Source: Sulfolobales archaeon HS-7 | Lineage (GTDB): Archaea > Thermoproteota > Thermoprotei_A > Sulfolobales > Sulfolobaceae | Length of the DNA stretch: 64,000 nucleotides | Assembly: GCA_019704295.1 (NCBI GenBank) | Contig: AP024596.1 | Span: 128,001 to 192,000, forward strand | Direction of reading: 5' to 3' | Shown here: positions 1 through 10,011 of the stretch, piece after piece | Position numbering within the stretch: position 1 is the stretch's first letter | Layout of the letters: each line of letters begins with the position of its first letter | The notes under the pieces: model-generated | Databases searched by the model: none | Told to the model about the DNA's origin: nothing | The model's input: only the letters and a program-made list of their open reading frames with translations | Translations under genes and position numbers: made by a program

Positions 1-866
1 TACAGAACATCATGAAATGACTTGGTTTTTTCCTCTAACTCACGGAGATTTGCCTCTACATAGTTAGCGACTTCTGCACAATCCGAAAAGAAATTCTCGT
101 AGTAGTGTCCTATCCTTTCTCCTTCTCTAGAATAGAATGATGGAAAATACCATGATAAGATGAAGGTTACTTGCTTACCTCTAGATTTGATAATACCCCA
201 GTCCTGCTTTTCGCCATACCTTCGCTTAAGCGCTCCGTTTCTAAAATCAATCCACATTTCCCTGTGTTGAGAGGGATCCCCACTCAATGAGGATGGAATT
301 ACATCACCTCCTATTGCCTTCACGCATAGGTTCCCCTTATACCGAGGATCATTACTGCTTACCTCTCCAGCGAAAACTAACCAATTCGAAAAAGTGTCTA
401 TTTTCCCTTCCTCGAATGGATTCCTTATTCCCATCAAGAAATCGCTCGTCTCTTTTGCCTTTAACCTAAAGATGGCTACTGGTAAGGAAGAGTTCTTAAT
501 GTCGTTAGGTATGAATGGGGAAAACGCTGTTAGTTCGTATTCATCCGAATTGAGAAACGCAAAGGGAAACTCTCCTGAAAATTCTACGCGTTTTATAGGG
601 CGAAGCCATGGGAGGTTATAGGGATCTCCCCCATAGAAGTAGTTATAGGCCTGTAATATTCTCGGATTGCTCCCATTTACTGCAAAAAAGGAATCCATTG
701 GTCCTAGAAAATACGTATTTCTTAGGGATTGGATATCAGCTATCCCTCCGTTATTGAAGATAGTCCATTCGTAAAGCCTTCCATCGCTTCTTACTTCAAT
801 CGAACCTGTTCCCATGCCTCCTAAAGGTATTCCCGAACCAAGTGTATACGAATATACATACTTCAT
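1..866 (-). CDS. GH116 (GBA2-like) beta-glucosidase/xylosidase, 3' end outside the window
   Basis: Hand translation from ATG at 866: MKYVYSYTLGSGIPLGGMGTGSIEVRSDGRLYEWTIFNNGG...AFSPFIPNDIKNSSLPVAIF...FILSWYFP...GHYYENFF. The GIPLGGxGTGSI, SPFIPxDxxxSSLP and GHYYxNFF motifs are typical of the GH116 N-terminal domain. Absent from the ORF track because it has no stop in the window. Confidence 0.85.
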   Translation of the reverse strand, partial: MKYVYSYTLGSGIPLGGMGTGSIEVRSDGRLYEWTIFNNGGIADIQSLRNTYFLGPMDSFFAVNGSNPRILQAYNYFYGGDPYNLPWLRPIKRVEFSGEFPFAFLNSDEYELTAFSPFIPNDIKNSSLPVAIFRLKAKETSDFLMGIRNPFEEGKIDTFSNWLVFAGEVSSNDPRYKGNLCVKAIGGDVIPSSLSGDPSQHREMWIDFRNGALKRRYGEKQDWGIIKSRGKQVTFILSWYFPSFYSREGERIGHYYENFFSDCAEVANYVEANLRELEEKTKSFHDVL

Positions 867-950
867 TACTTCCACATGTCATTTCTTAATCTAAAGCCTA
901 TTCGTTCCTTCTTATCCTTGCTCTCCTCAATTTTTGAATATATCCTGATA

Positions 951-1700
951 GGGAGTTAAAGGGGGATGAGACAAGTCAGGGTAACCCTTCTTTATTTGGA
1001 TAGATAACAATGACGTAATTTTCTGCTAATGTCTGGTGTAAGATTTAGGTTCATGACTTGCGTTGATAAACGTTGGCGACGTAAAAGTCCAAGTTGAGGC
1101 TTAAAGTACACAACCTCCTTCGTTGGGCAGACATTTTCTTTCAAGAAGGAACGGGAAAGGCTCAAATCAAAACCAGTTAAGGCAACTCGCCTTAGATCTA
1201 GGGAACTGAGCAAGGAGTATGGAAAACTGCGCTTTTAGGTGGTGCAGAACATCAGATACTGCTTTCATGAAACAAGACAGAGGTTCTTCAGCAAATTAGC
1301 CAGTTTCCCCAAGGAGGAGCCTAAGCGGTACTACCTTGTCTACCCGCAGAGCAATTGGATACTGCTAAGCGTAAGGTGATAGGGAAGAAGAGGACAAAGG
1401 AGGGATCTCCAAAGAAGTCATTTAGGGTTGAGAACCTTATACTTAGCGGTCTTCAAGGTTCTTGTTCTCAAGGAATTCCCCTTGATTGAGTGGAGAGAGT
1501 TATCGTAAAGTTAGGCTATCCGATAAACTCTACATTTCATTCGTGATTAAGGGTTACTGTTTCCCCAAGTTCAGGAACATTTCCGGGACAGTTGCTCTGT
1601 GTAAGGGGGATAGAGAAGCTATTGACAACATCAGAGAGCGGGCATTCCCCTAACCTCAATCCCTATGACAATGACTTGCGGAAAGCGCCCGTGAAGTGAG
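951..1700 (+). mobile_element. tnpB: Degenerate, internally deleted IS200/IS605-family element (tnpB pseudogene)
   Basis: Broken frames from ATG 1029 to about 1633 give LRWADIFF..NGKG..QLRQLALDL, RFFSKLASFPKE..YYLVYPQ, LYISFVI and GIEKLLTTS, matching the N-terminal half of Sulfolobales TnpB. GGGAGTTAAAGGGGG at about 951 resembles the IS605 left end. Many frameshifts and stops. Confidence 0.75.
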
Positions 1701-1802
1701 CTTTTTAGATAATCATTATACTCCCCTAGTTTGAAGTTTAAAACAGTAAACTTACATGACAGGCTAAAAGGCGGTTAGCCGACTAATAAAACTGTAAGCG
1801 GG

Positions 1803-2612
1803 ATGAATGTCGTAGAGGTAGATCAAATTCAGAAGAGATATGGTAAAAGTATAGCTAATGAGGCAATATCCATGACGGTTAAGGAACATGAGATAGTATC
1901 AATTTTAGGTCCTAATGGTGCCGGGAAGACAACACTGTTAAAACAGATTTACGGAGAACTGGAACCCGACAAGGGAGAAATAAGAGTTTTAGGTAAGAAA
2001 CCCGATAACGTGAAAAAGAAAATTGGAATACTCCCACAAGAAGTTAGACCTTTTGGATATCTGACAGTGTATGATAACTTATACTATATAGGAAGGATAA
2101 AAGGGGTTAATAAGGGGATTTTAAAAGAAAGAATAGATCAACTAACTGAGACGTTTGAGTTAGATAAGAGGAAATACGCTAGGGATCTGTCCGGAGGTAT
2201 GAAGAGGAAGTTGCTGCTAGCAATGGCAATGGTTAACGATCCAGAGCTTCTGATCCTAGATGAACCCACCGTGGGGTTGGACCCAGAAGGCAGGAGGAAA
2301 ATATGGGATCTCCTACTAGATTTGAAGAGAAGCGGGAAAAGTATACTTTTAACTACTCATTACCTAGATGAGGCGGAGAAATTATCGGATAGAATCTACT
2401 TCCTTAATAAAAAGGTCTTATTTTCTGGAACTCCCTCAGAAATTAAGACAAAGTTTACCGAGTGGTACGAAGTTATTGATTATACCGAGGGTAGGGTGTA
2501 CAGGGTTAACGGCGATGAGGTTAAGAAGTTAGTAATGTCAATTCACGGTAAGTTTGAGGTGAAGATGCCAAGCCTTGAAGAAGTGTATTTGCAAGTATTT
2601 AAGGGTGAGTGA
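1803..2612 (+). CDS. ABC-2 type exporter ATP-binding subunit
   Basis: Walker A GPNGAGKT, signature LSGGM, Walker B LILDEPT, H-loop TTHY. Confidence 0.95.
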   Translation: MNVVEVDQIQKRYGKSIANEAISMTVKEHEIVSILGPNGAGKTTLLKQIYGELEPDKGEIRVLGKKPDNVKKKIGILPQEVRPFGYLTVYDNLYYIGRIKGVNKGILKERIDQLTETFELDKRKYARDLSGGMKRKLLLAMAMVNDPELLILDEPTVGLDPEGRRKIWDLLLDLKRSGKSILLTTHYLDEAEKLSDRIYFLNKKVLFSGTPSEIKTKFTEWYEVIDYTEGRVYRVNGDEVKKLVMSIHGKFEVKMPSLEEVYLQVFKGE

Positions 2613-3337
2613 GGATGTTTAGGGAAATATTCTATCTGGTAGCGATGCAGATAAAAGGGATTAAGAGCTATGCGATAGGTTACGTATTCTTCTCATTACT
2701 GTTTCCTTTGGGGTTTATGCTAGTGTTCGGGTCATTCCTCACAGGCCCTTACGTCATCTACATAATCTCCGGCACTATTACTGCTTATTTGTTTGTGAGT
2801 ACTTTCGGCTCAGTGGCCAATAACCTAGCCAATGAGATTGAAGGGGGCAGGTTTTCATTAATTATAGGAGGGGGAGTTAGGAGAGAGGTCTACAGCCTCA
2901 GTATATCGTTATCGCAAGTGATCCTAGATATTTCATCAATATTAGCCATTTTGGCTGTAGGTTTTTTAGTTTATCACTTACAGTTAAAGTCAATACCCCT
3001 GTTCGTGATCGCCTTAGGCTCCTCTATAATAATGTCTGCTACGTTCGGAATGGTGTTAGCTTCAATTCTAAAGAACCCATACGTGGTGAGCCAATACTCA
3101 ACTGTGCTCGGTTTTGCCCTGACTTTTTTCGCCCCGGTGTACTACCCATTGTCCTTCATTCCTTTACCCTTTAGGTATTTAGTCTTCCTGGAGCCTAGCA
3201 CATACGTTTCCCAAGCAATATACTACTCCATAGAGGGCAATCCGTATTCATTACTTTGGAGTTTAGCAGTGATCGCGTTAGCCCTTTTTCTTATTACTAC
3301 GAACAAAATACCCCGCTTATTAAAGGTAATCCAATAA
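2609..3337 (+). CDS. ABC-2 type exporter permease
   Basis: About 6 TM helices, FAPVYYP and LEPSTY motifs. GTGA overlap with the ATPase stop. Confidence 0.88.
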   Translation: MRMFREIFYLVAMQIKGIKSYAIGYVFFSLLFPLGFMLVFGSFLTGPYVIYIISGTITAYLFVSTFGSVANNLANEIEGGRFSLIIGGGVRREVYSLSISLSQVILDISSILAILAVGFLVYHLQLKSIPLFVIALGSSIIMSATFGMVLASILKNPYVVSQYSTVLGFALTFFAPVYYPLSFIPLPFRYLVFLEPSTYVSQAIYYSIEGNPYSLLWSLAVIALALFLITTNKIPRLLKVIQ

Positions 3338-3658
3338 TTTTTTGTATTTTTCCAAAATTAATAGGTACTTTTCGGCTACCTCTTGACCCTTTTCAGTTAT
3401 TAGTATAATCTGTTTGGGTCTACTGCTATCCATCTTGTACTTTATGTGTATCAACCCTTCTGCTTCAAGGGCCTTCAAGTTTATCGATAATGTTGACTTA
3501 TTTATCTCAAGGGCCTTAACTAGTTCGGTGAAGTTAATTTCTTTGAAACCAAGCAGTGCCAATAGGATTGTCAACCTGATGGGCGATGAGAAGATCGAAG
3601 TGGAGGAGATTAGCTTGAGAATCTCATTTAACTCCTTCGCTATCTCCTCGTCACCCAT
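3320..3658 (-). CDS. ArsR/MarR-type winged-helix transcriptional regulator
   Basis: SPIRLTILLAL..FTEL..L.INKSTLS..LK.LE..GLI......ITEKG. Confidence 0.85.
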   Translation of the reverse strand: MGDEEIAKELNEILKLISSTSIFSSPIRLTILLALLGFKEINFTELVKALEINKSTLSINLKALEAEGLIHIKYKMDSSRPKQIILITEKGQEVAEKYLLILEKYKKLLDYL

Positions 3659-4244
3659 ATACCCTCACCAGGGATATTATCCCTGAAATAATCCAACTAG
3701 CCCCAAAGAATATTGATAATAACTGATTTAGAGGGATAAAGGGCAGACTTATTGCTGTAATAATTGCTATCCAGTCTTCAAACTTTAGTTGAACTTTGTC
3801 GTATAAATACAGATGAGAGAGATAGTATTCTAGGTAGATAAAAGGTAATATGTATTGTAAATAAGTCACTGAGTAAAGTACTGCTATTACAGTGACTGGT
3901 AAAAAAACTATTGAGATTACGTCAAAGGAAAGTTTGCCCAAGTTGATAAAGAAGGAGTATTTAGGCTTCTCGTCATTTACTACGTTATTCAGCCTCTTCA
4001 AAATAGCTGAGGCATAACTTAACTTAAATTCTACGTAAATACAGAAAAATATTATAGATAGAAATAGTACATCTTGGAGTAAGTTGAGGACCCAAGTATC
4101 GGAGTATAACTTGGTGATAACGAATACTACTGGGAAATATAGTCCGATCGATAAATATATTGTCGCTAAGTATTTCCTCATCCGCAGCGAATATATCCTC
4201 TTTAGCCTTATCTCAGTCTCTTTAACAATATCCTGGATACTCAT
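3651..4244 (-). CDS. Hypothetical multi-pass membrane protein, co-transcribed with the wHTH regulator
   Basis: 197-aa ORF with 5-6 hydrophobic segments. Overlaps the regulator start. Confidence 0.7.
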   Translation of the reverse strand: MSIQDIVKETEIRLKRIYSLRMRKYLATIYLSIGLYFPVVFVITKLYSDTWVLNLLQDVLFLSIIFFCIYVEFKLSYASAILKRLNNVVNDEKPKYSFFINLGKLSFDVISIVFLPVTVIAVLYSVTYLQYILPFIYLEYYLSHLYLYDKVQLKFEDWIAIITAISLPFIPLNQLLSIFFGASWIISGIISLVRVYG

Positions 4245-4699
4245 TAATGAATTATTCAGTAAAATTATTTAATATTTTTTGATAACGCCTGTATAGCAGG
4301 TGTGCAACTGATAAGGAACCTATCTTACTCTGCAACGACTTAGGACTCCTAAACCGTAGTTGCTCCAGTAGTAATAGTAAGTTCTACAATCACATTATCT
4401 ATTATAGGCATTTTACAAGGAGGGTGATTCAGGGTTAGTTTGCGAAATGTAATTTTTAACAAGATAGTATAATAATGTGAACTACTGAGTGTAAACTCCT
4501 ACCTTTTAGATGCGATAATATTAAATTGAATTCGTCGCCTTCATTTTAATAAACTGAATTCGAAAAGGACCTTAGATTGGCCCGAACGTATTTTGACTCT
4601 AAAGAGGAATTCGTATCCCAGTTATTATGAAAAATATTATAAAATACATTCAAATATACTTCGGAATACGTTATTATCCAGAAATTCAATAAGGAAAAT

Positions 4700-5194
4700 A
4701 TGATCCTTAAGGCATTTCTGATAGGTTCCCTAATAGTGCTAATTGTAGGGATAATGTTTTTCCCTATATCCTTGTTTATAGCAAGTGAGGTGATTTATAC
4801 GCATGAAGGAAAATTTCTACTATCAGAACTTGGTGGTACGACATTTCAATTACCCATATCTTCTGGCGACAAAGTGGTGGTCAAAGGAAATTCAAGTTAT
4901 TACATCAAAGTTGTTCCAGAGGGATTAAAGCCGGATACTCCGAATTATTATAATGGAAGTTTCTCTTTAGTTTTTATATCAGGGAGGGAGGGACCTTACT
5001 CGATCACTTTTGAGGGAACATTTAAACCTGCTAACGTATCAGCAGAAATTCTTGTATACAATACCTCTATAACTCAGATTGGTTATCCTATCGGTGGTCT
5101 CTTTACAATTCTCGGCGTAATTTTACTCCTTTATTATAGAGTATTGAAAAACAGTTTCAGCAGGGCTAGAAGTAAACAAAATCTAGGGAAGTAA
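4700..5194 (+). CDS. Hypothetical membrane protein (two TM anchors around a beta-rich extracellular domain)
   Basis: N- and C-terminal hydrophobic helices. N-glycosylation sequons NSS, NGS, NVS and NTS in the loop. Confidence 0.7.
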   Translation: MILKAFLIGSLIVLIVGIMFFPISLFIASEVIYTHEGKFLLSELGGTTFQLPISSGDKVVVKGNSSYYIKVVPEGLKPDTPNYYNGSFSLVFISGREGPYSITFEGTFKPANVSAEILVYNTSITQIGYPIGGLFTILGVILLLYYRVLKNSFSRARSKQNLGK

Positions 5195-6028
5195 CAAACC
5201 CAACCCCATTATATCTAATTATGAATTCATTCTTTACATACTGAAGATGGTAAGTTATTAGTGAGGTTTGGCTACACCTCCTTGCCGTTAAGTTGTTCTA
5301 AGAAGTTAATGATTAATCTTCCTACAGGTCTCCTGATATTGACATAATATCCTTAGAAATCAGTAGAGATAAATATGTTTCATTTGTTATCTCCTCACTA
5401 GTAGTGTTTAGAATACTACTCTAAATATTTTAAGAATATTATATTTATCTTAAATTTTAATTCAATGGACTCTTGAATTTCTTTTAGGTTCATTCAACTC
5501 TTCTTCACCATTTCACTCTTTTTCCATAATTATATAAGAAAATTGACTAAACATTGAGTAACATTAATTGAGATAGACGTGAGGCAACATAATGGAAACT
5601 ATTGAATGATTGATTAAGGCCATTTAGACATCAGAAATATACACAATAATTTCTATGATTGAATTGTATTTATTTAGGTAAAATATTATAACCCATTAAG
5701 GGGTTAGGTATCGTTGATGTTTTCCTGGTTTGTAGGGATTTACTATCTGTTCGCTAAAAGCGATTGAAAATCCTCAAATTTCAATATTAGTTTTTCAAGA
5801 TATTACTCTGATTAGTTACGCGAAATGAAACCGCTTTTACTACTTACCATCTGAACGGTGTACAAGGAGTCTCCATGATCATTAGTTAGGGTTATTAATC
5901 ATAAAGATATGTTTAAAATAACTCGCGCAAACATGTTACTAAGGCTTTAGCTCAACGATCCATAACAGGTTCTCAACCTCACCTGGCTAGAATAAAGTAT
6001 TTCCTCATCTTTGGTATTATGTGAAATG

Positions 6029-7171
6029 CTAAGCACTTACACGGGTCTTATAAGGCTTAGGTTCTGGTAAATATAAATAGAGAGTAGACGCGGCAATCCT
6101 CATAGCTCCTATTGAAATGAGAAGATCCCTAATTCCGGTGTCAATTCCTAACCAATCTATAAAAGCAGACGAAAGAAATGCACCTATTGTAGAGCCTATG
6201 AGTACCGAGACTCCTATTATAGCATTGTAAAGTCCCAGAACTGTACGAGTATTTCTTGAAGAATCGTAAAGATAAGCGAGATATGCCGTTGAACCTATTG
6301 AATTGGTAACCCCAGCAACTAATTCTGCGCCGTATATTCCATATACTGAAGGAGATAATCCGTATGCTAGAGGAAACGCCGCTAGGCCTAATCTTCCTAA
6401 AAACATCATCATCTTCCTATTCTTATCAACTATAGCACCAATTCTATTCTGTAAAAGTAGAGTTGAAGACCCCCCTATTACGTTTATTATGGCTACCTGG
6501 AGGAAATTCATCCTAAATACGTCAACTTGAGCTAGGGGAAAAACAGGCCAAGCCAGGGACCACACTATGTAAAAGACGAAGGATACTAACATGAAACTTT
6601 TTACCTGCTTTCCAAAGGAGAATGATATTTTCTCCGTTCTCTGATAATCCACATCGAATTTAGTTCCTATCCATGCGTCGAATATATACAGTACTCCGCA
6701 AAGGAAGAAAAAGTACCTTACTAGGAATGTATCGTCTCCTATGATAAAACCAGTAATTAAGGTTGCGCCAAGTCCTCCTAGTGTAGAGTAGAAGGAGTAT
6801 TGAGCGAGAGTTCTCCCTCGAGCTGATGTGCTAACGCTCTCCATAATAAGATACCATCCATATGAAGAGACCCCTATTACAATTTCAATTACAATGTACA
6901 AAATTGTGAATAGGTTGTTGAATGGTGAAAAAGATAAGATTATCCATCCAATGCCTGCGAGTAAGGTTCCGAAAACAGTGAATTTCTTCCCGCTTATTTT
7001 TAGGTAACTAAGAAAGAATTGAACTATGTCTGGAAGAGCTGTACCTGCGGATGATATAAGACCTAACTGTTCTCCTAGTATCCCAGTAGAGGCAGCAACG
7101 AAGGATATAAAGGGTTGTACCAGATTAGAGGCGAAGTTCTTCATGGTAATGTAAGTCCTAAGTGGCTTCAT
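6029..7171 (-). CDS. MFS transporter
   Basis: 380 aa, about 12 TM, MFS-like loops (RGRTLA, GAIVDKNRK). Confidence 0.85.
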   Translation of the reverse strand: MKPLRTYITMKNFASNLVQPFISFVAASTGILGEQLGLISSAGTALPDIVQFFLSYLKISGKKFTVFGTLLAGIGWIILSFSPFNNLFTILYIVIEIVIGVSSYGWYLIMESVSTSARGRTLAQYSFYSTLGGLGATLITGFIIGDDTFLVRYFFFLCGVLYIFDAWIGTKFDVDYQRTEKISFSFGKQVKSFMLVSFVFYIVWSLAWPVFPLAQVDVFRMNFLQVAIINVIGGSSTLLLQNRIGAIVDKNRKMMMFLGRLGLAAFPLAYGLSPSVYGIYGAELVAGVTNSIGSTAYLAYLYDSSRNTRTVLGLYNAIIGVSVLIGSTIGAFLSSAFIDWLGIDTGIRDLLISIGAMRIAASTLYLYLPEPKPYKTRVSA

Positions 7172-7379
7172 TATTATCCTGATAACTATAGCTAAGCCTA
7201 AAAGACTTCTTACCTAATTTATTGAATCATACTTCTTGATTTAAGGGGAATTAAGGCTGACCTATCCATAAGGATAAACATCTACCTAAATTAGGAATTA
7301 TTAATGGAGTAGTCATCACCCAGATGACAATACGGAGCAGGTACAGTACACCTTTGTCGCATCAGACTACTACTGAGAG

Positions 7380-7492
7380 GTAGATGGACGGCAGTTATAT
7401 ACCCGAGATTCGAGTGACCTACTGTGCCTATGGAGGCCTTCTACCACTATCAGAGCTGTGAAGTGGGGATGCCTATCATTTAGGGCAATTCG
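7380..7492 (+). mobile_element. IS200/IS605 right-end (omega-RNA region) relic
   Basis: TGCCTATGGAG..CTTCTACC....GTGAAGTGGGGATGCC...TTTAGGGC resembles the Sulfolobales tnpB 3' end pattern CCTGTGGAG...CTCTACC...GATGAAGCAGGAAGCCC...TTTAGGGC. Confidence 0.45.
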
Positions 7493-7668
7493 AATCGCAA
7501 AAGATTAGCATAAGTTTACTTATTACGAAAATATTTCGATAATGCATTTGAAGGCATTGTTGAAGAAATTTCAATTTACTCCCTATCTAAAAAGGTATTC
7601 CACTTTTCAACTTAGGAGATTTTTTTCAAGAGGATACAATTGGAGAAAACTGGAAAAGTTCTGTTCTT

Positions 7669-8763
7669 TCATTTCCTCTCTTCACCTGTTATATACAGTA
7701 AAAGCAATAGCGCTAATGTCGTACATATAATCATGAAGATTTTACTCCATGTTATATTCATACTCTCTATTATTCCAAATACAATTCCTCCCAGGATTCC
7801 CGAAACCGCCTTACCCGTGTAGAGGAGGGCTGTATTTGACGTCGAAAACTTGGAACCGAATACGTCTCCAACTAGCGAGAAGTAAAGGGGAATCATAGAA
7901 CCGCCGAAAAATCCTATTAACACAGCGGAAGCAAAAATGTTCACAAATGAAAGCGCGGATGCTAGTATTATAATCAATTCCGATACTATAAGAGTTCTAG
8001 TTCTACCTAGTCTATCTGAGGCGTACCCAATAAGGGGTCTACCAATACCACTAAAAAAGGGAAAAACTGAGATTAATATCTCAATATCTTTGGCAGTAGA
8101 GAACGTGGTTAGCGATGATGACATTATAAGCAGCGGCGTAACAATCAGTATATATGAAAAATAAATAAACCACCATTTTTTATTTCTAACTATTGCTTTT
8201 GGCGAAAGACCTGATGTTTTGCCCTTTGGGAAATCCGATATCCACAACAAGGTCGGTAATGTAATCATTTCGATTAAACCGATGATAAGAGTGGGAAATC
8301 TGAAACTCAACTCTTCATATATAAAGGGATTAACGATAGTCGCTCCGAGACCGAATCCTAAGGAGACCAATCCAGTGGCGAACCCCCGTCTAGAGGAAAA
8401 CCACTTAATTGCCAAATTCGAGGCTATACCGTAGAGCACACCTTCACCTGAACTTCCTACCGACCAAAAAAAGTAGAATTGATAGAGGTTTTTCGAAAAC
8501 GACGTTCCGAGAAAACCTATTGACGACGCTATGGCCGAGACAGTACCTATTACTTTCGGACCTTTAATGTCTGCCCAACTACCTCCTATGAGTTGAAAGA
8601 CTGTAGAAAATATCGTAAAAAGGGAAAACGCCACGTCAAGCTGAACAACTCCAGTATCAAATCCTCTTTGAAAAAGGGGGAAAAACGCGTTCCATGAATA
8701 CTGATATAGAGAGTTAAAGCACATTACGGTGAAACCGACTAATAAAAAAATTCTCTTATCCAT
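7669..8763 (-). CDS. MFS transporter, oxalate/formate antiporter (OFA) family
   Basis: QYSWN, KWFSSRRGFATGLVSLGFGLG, GRPLIGYASDRLGR. Confidence 0.88.
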   Translation of the reverse strand: MDKRIFLLVGFTVMCFNSLYQYSWNAFFPLFQRGFDTGVVQLDVAFSLFTIFSTVFQLIGGSWADIKGPKVIGTVSAIASSIGFLGTSFSKNLYQFYFFWSVGSSGEGVLYGIASNLAIKWFSSRRGFATGLVSLGFGLGATIVNPFIYEELSFRFPTLIIGLIEMITLPTLLWISDFPKGKTSGLSPKAIVRNKKWWFIYFSYILIVTPLLIMSSSLTTFSTAKDIEILISVFPFFSGIGRPLIGYASDRLGRTRTLIVSELIIILASALSFVNIFASAVLIGFFGGSMIPLYFSLVGDVFGSKFSTSNTALLYTGKAVSGILGGIVFGIIESMNITWSKIFMIICTTLALLLLLYITGEERK

Positions 8764-8791
8764 GAAACAGTTAACAACACGTAGTGCCTAA

Positions 8792-8950
8792 ATGTGTTGT
8801 GTTTCCTTATTAAGGTTTTCAGAAAAACATTTTTTACATGCGATTGTCTACTGGGATTAATGAATTCGATAAGTTAATAGAGGGGGAATTCCCCACGGTT
8901 TTCTCGTTGCCGTTACCGGAGAGCCTAAGATTGGAAAAACCATATTCTCC
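8792..8950 (+). repeat. 159-bp perfect direct repeat, copy 1 (promoter plus 5' end of the kaiC-like pseudogene)
   Basis: Identical by direct comparison to 10914-11072 (offset 2122). Confidence 0.95.
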
Positions 8951-9204
8951 TTAGCGCTATTTCGCCAAAAATCTTACCTAACAGTGTCCAATGTGCAACT
9001 AATGTTAATCTAAAACTAAATTTATAGATGTAGGAACAACTCGCCTTATAACACTCAATTAGGATAGTAATACATGCAGATTGCCAGAGGTCGAACACCT
9101 ATGCTAATCTCTTGAGCTTACAATATTCGGCGGTTTAGAACCCTCACAAAACGTTTGACTTATCCCGCTAGGAAAGCTCATTTGATAATCCGTAACACAT
9201 TTCT

Positions 9205-9363
9205 ACTTTCCGCACTTTATCGGAAATTAGCTAATTTCTACTTCTATTAGCGGGATTTTGATGTATTTTTGAAATTGTCTCATTTTTGATAAAATTGACT
9301 CCATATTAATCCACGTTTTACAACTTTCTGTTCATGTCTCTATTGACATTAATTACGCATTGG
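9205..9363 (+). repeat. Diverged AT-rich intergenic repeat (blocks A and C)
   Basis: 9205-9297 aligns by eye with 12063-12155. 9312-9363 shares TTAATTACGCATTGGA and flanking sequence with 62885-62939. Confidence 0.6.
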
Positions 9364-9636
9364 ATAATATCTCGTAACGACTACTACAAATTCCGAAGGG
9401 AAGGGTCTTCCACTTTCTTTATAATGTAGAATCAATACTTGAGACCACGAAAACCTTATCTTCTAAATTCCCTAAGGCTAGATAAAAGGACCTTTACACG
9501 ATCTTAACTCTCTTATCTTGTGCTCTACAATTCTATAAGTAATTATTGAAAAAGAGCATTAATGTGAATGAGTGTTAGATGATATTTCCTGCCGTTAGGT
9601 CTAAAGGCTTTTTACGACAAAGTCTAATGTTGTTTT

Positions 9637-10011
9637 GTGGCAGAACACTTAAAGAGAAATGCGTTAGACTTCTTCGGCGAGTCTGAGCTAGACATCAAGA
9701 GGGGTAAATACAACTTAGCCATGTTCCACTTAGAACATGCACTACAACTGGCTTTTAAATATACACTGTTCCAGCTTAAGGGCAGCTTCGAAAAGACGCA
9801 CGACATCATTAGGTTACTCGACGAGGTTATTGAGCTGACCAATAATGAGAGATTACGGAATGTGAGAGATGAGGAGGCAACCACGCTCGAGGTAATAAGG
9901 GACTCATATATAACTTCCAGGTACTTTCCCTACTCAGTAGACAGGCTGGTAGTTGAGAGAGCGTATAATGTGGTCAAGGCGATATTAGATGAGCTCAAAC
10001 TGGTGGAATAG
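9637..10011 (+). CDS. HEPN domain protein (toxin of a HEPN-MNT pair)
   Basis: GKYNLAMFHLEHALQLAFKY, KTHDI, YITSRY: classical archaeal HEPN signature. Confidence 0.9.
   Translation: MAEHLKRNALDFFGESELDIKRGKYNLAMFHLEHALQLAFKYTLFQLKGSFEKTHDIIRLLDEVIELTNNERLRNVRDEEATTLEVIRDSYITSRYFPYSVDRLVVERAYNVVKAILDELKLVE

Noticed and set aside
287-621. Two short + strand ORFs
   Set aside because: Antisense shadows of the GH116 gene
992-1213. 73-aa minus-strand ORF
   Set aside because: Antisense to the tnpB relic, no motif
5270-5350. Minus-strand fragment GYYVNIRRPVGRLIINFLEQLNGKEV resembling small viral or plasmid proteins
   Set aside because: Preceded by an in-frame stop, no start codon, too short to assign
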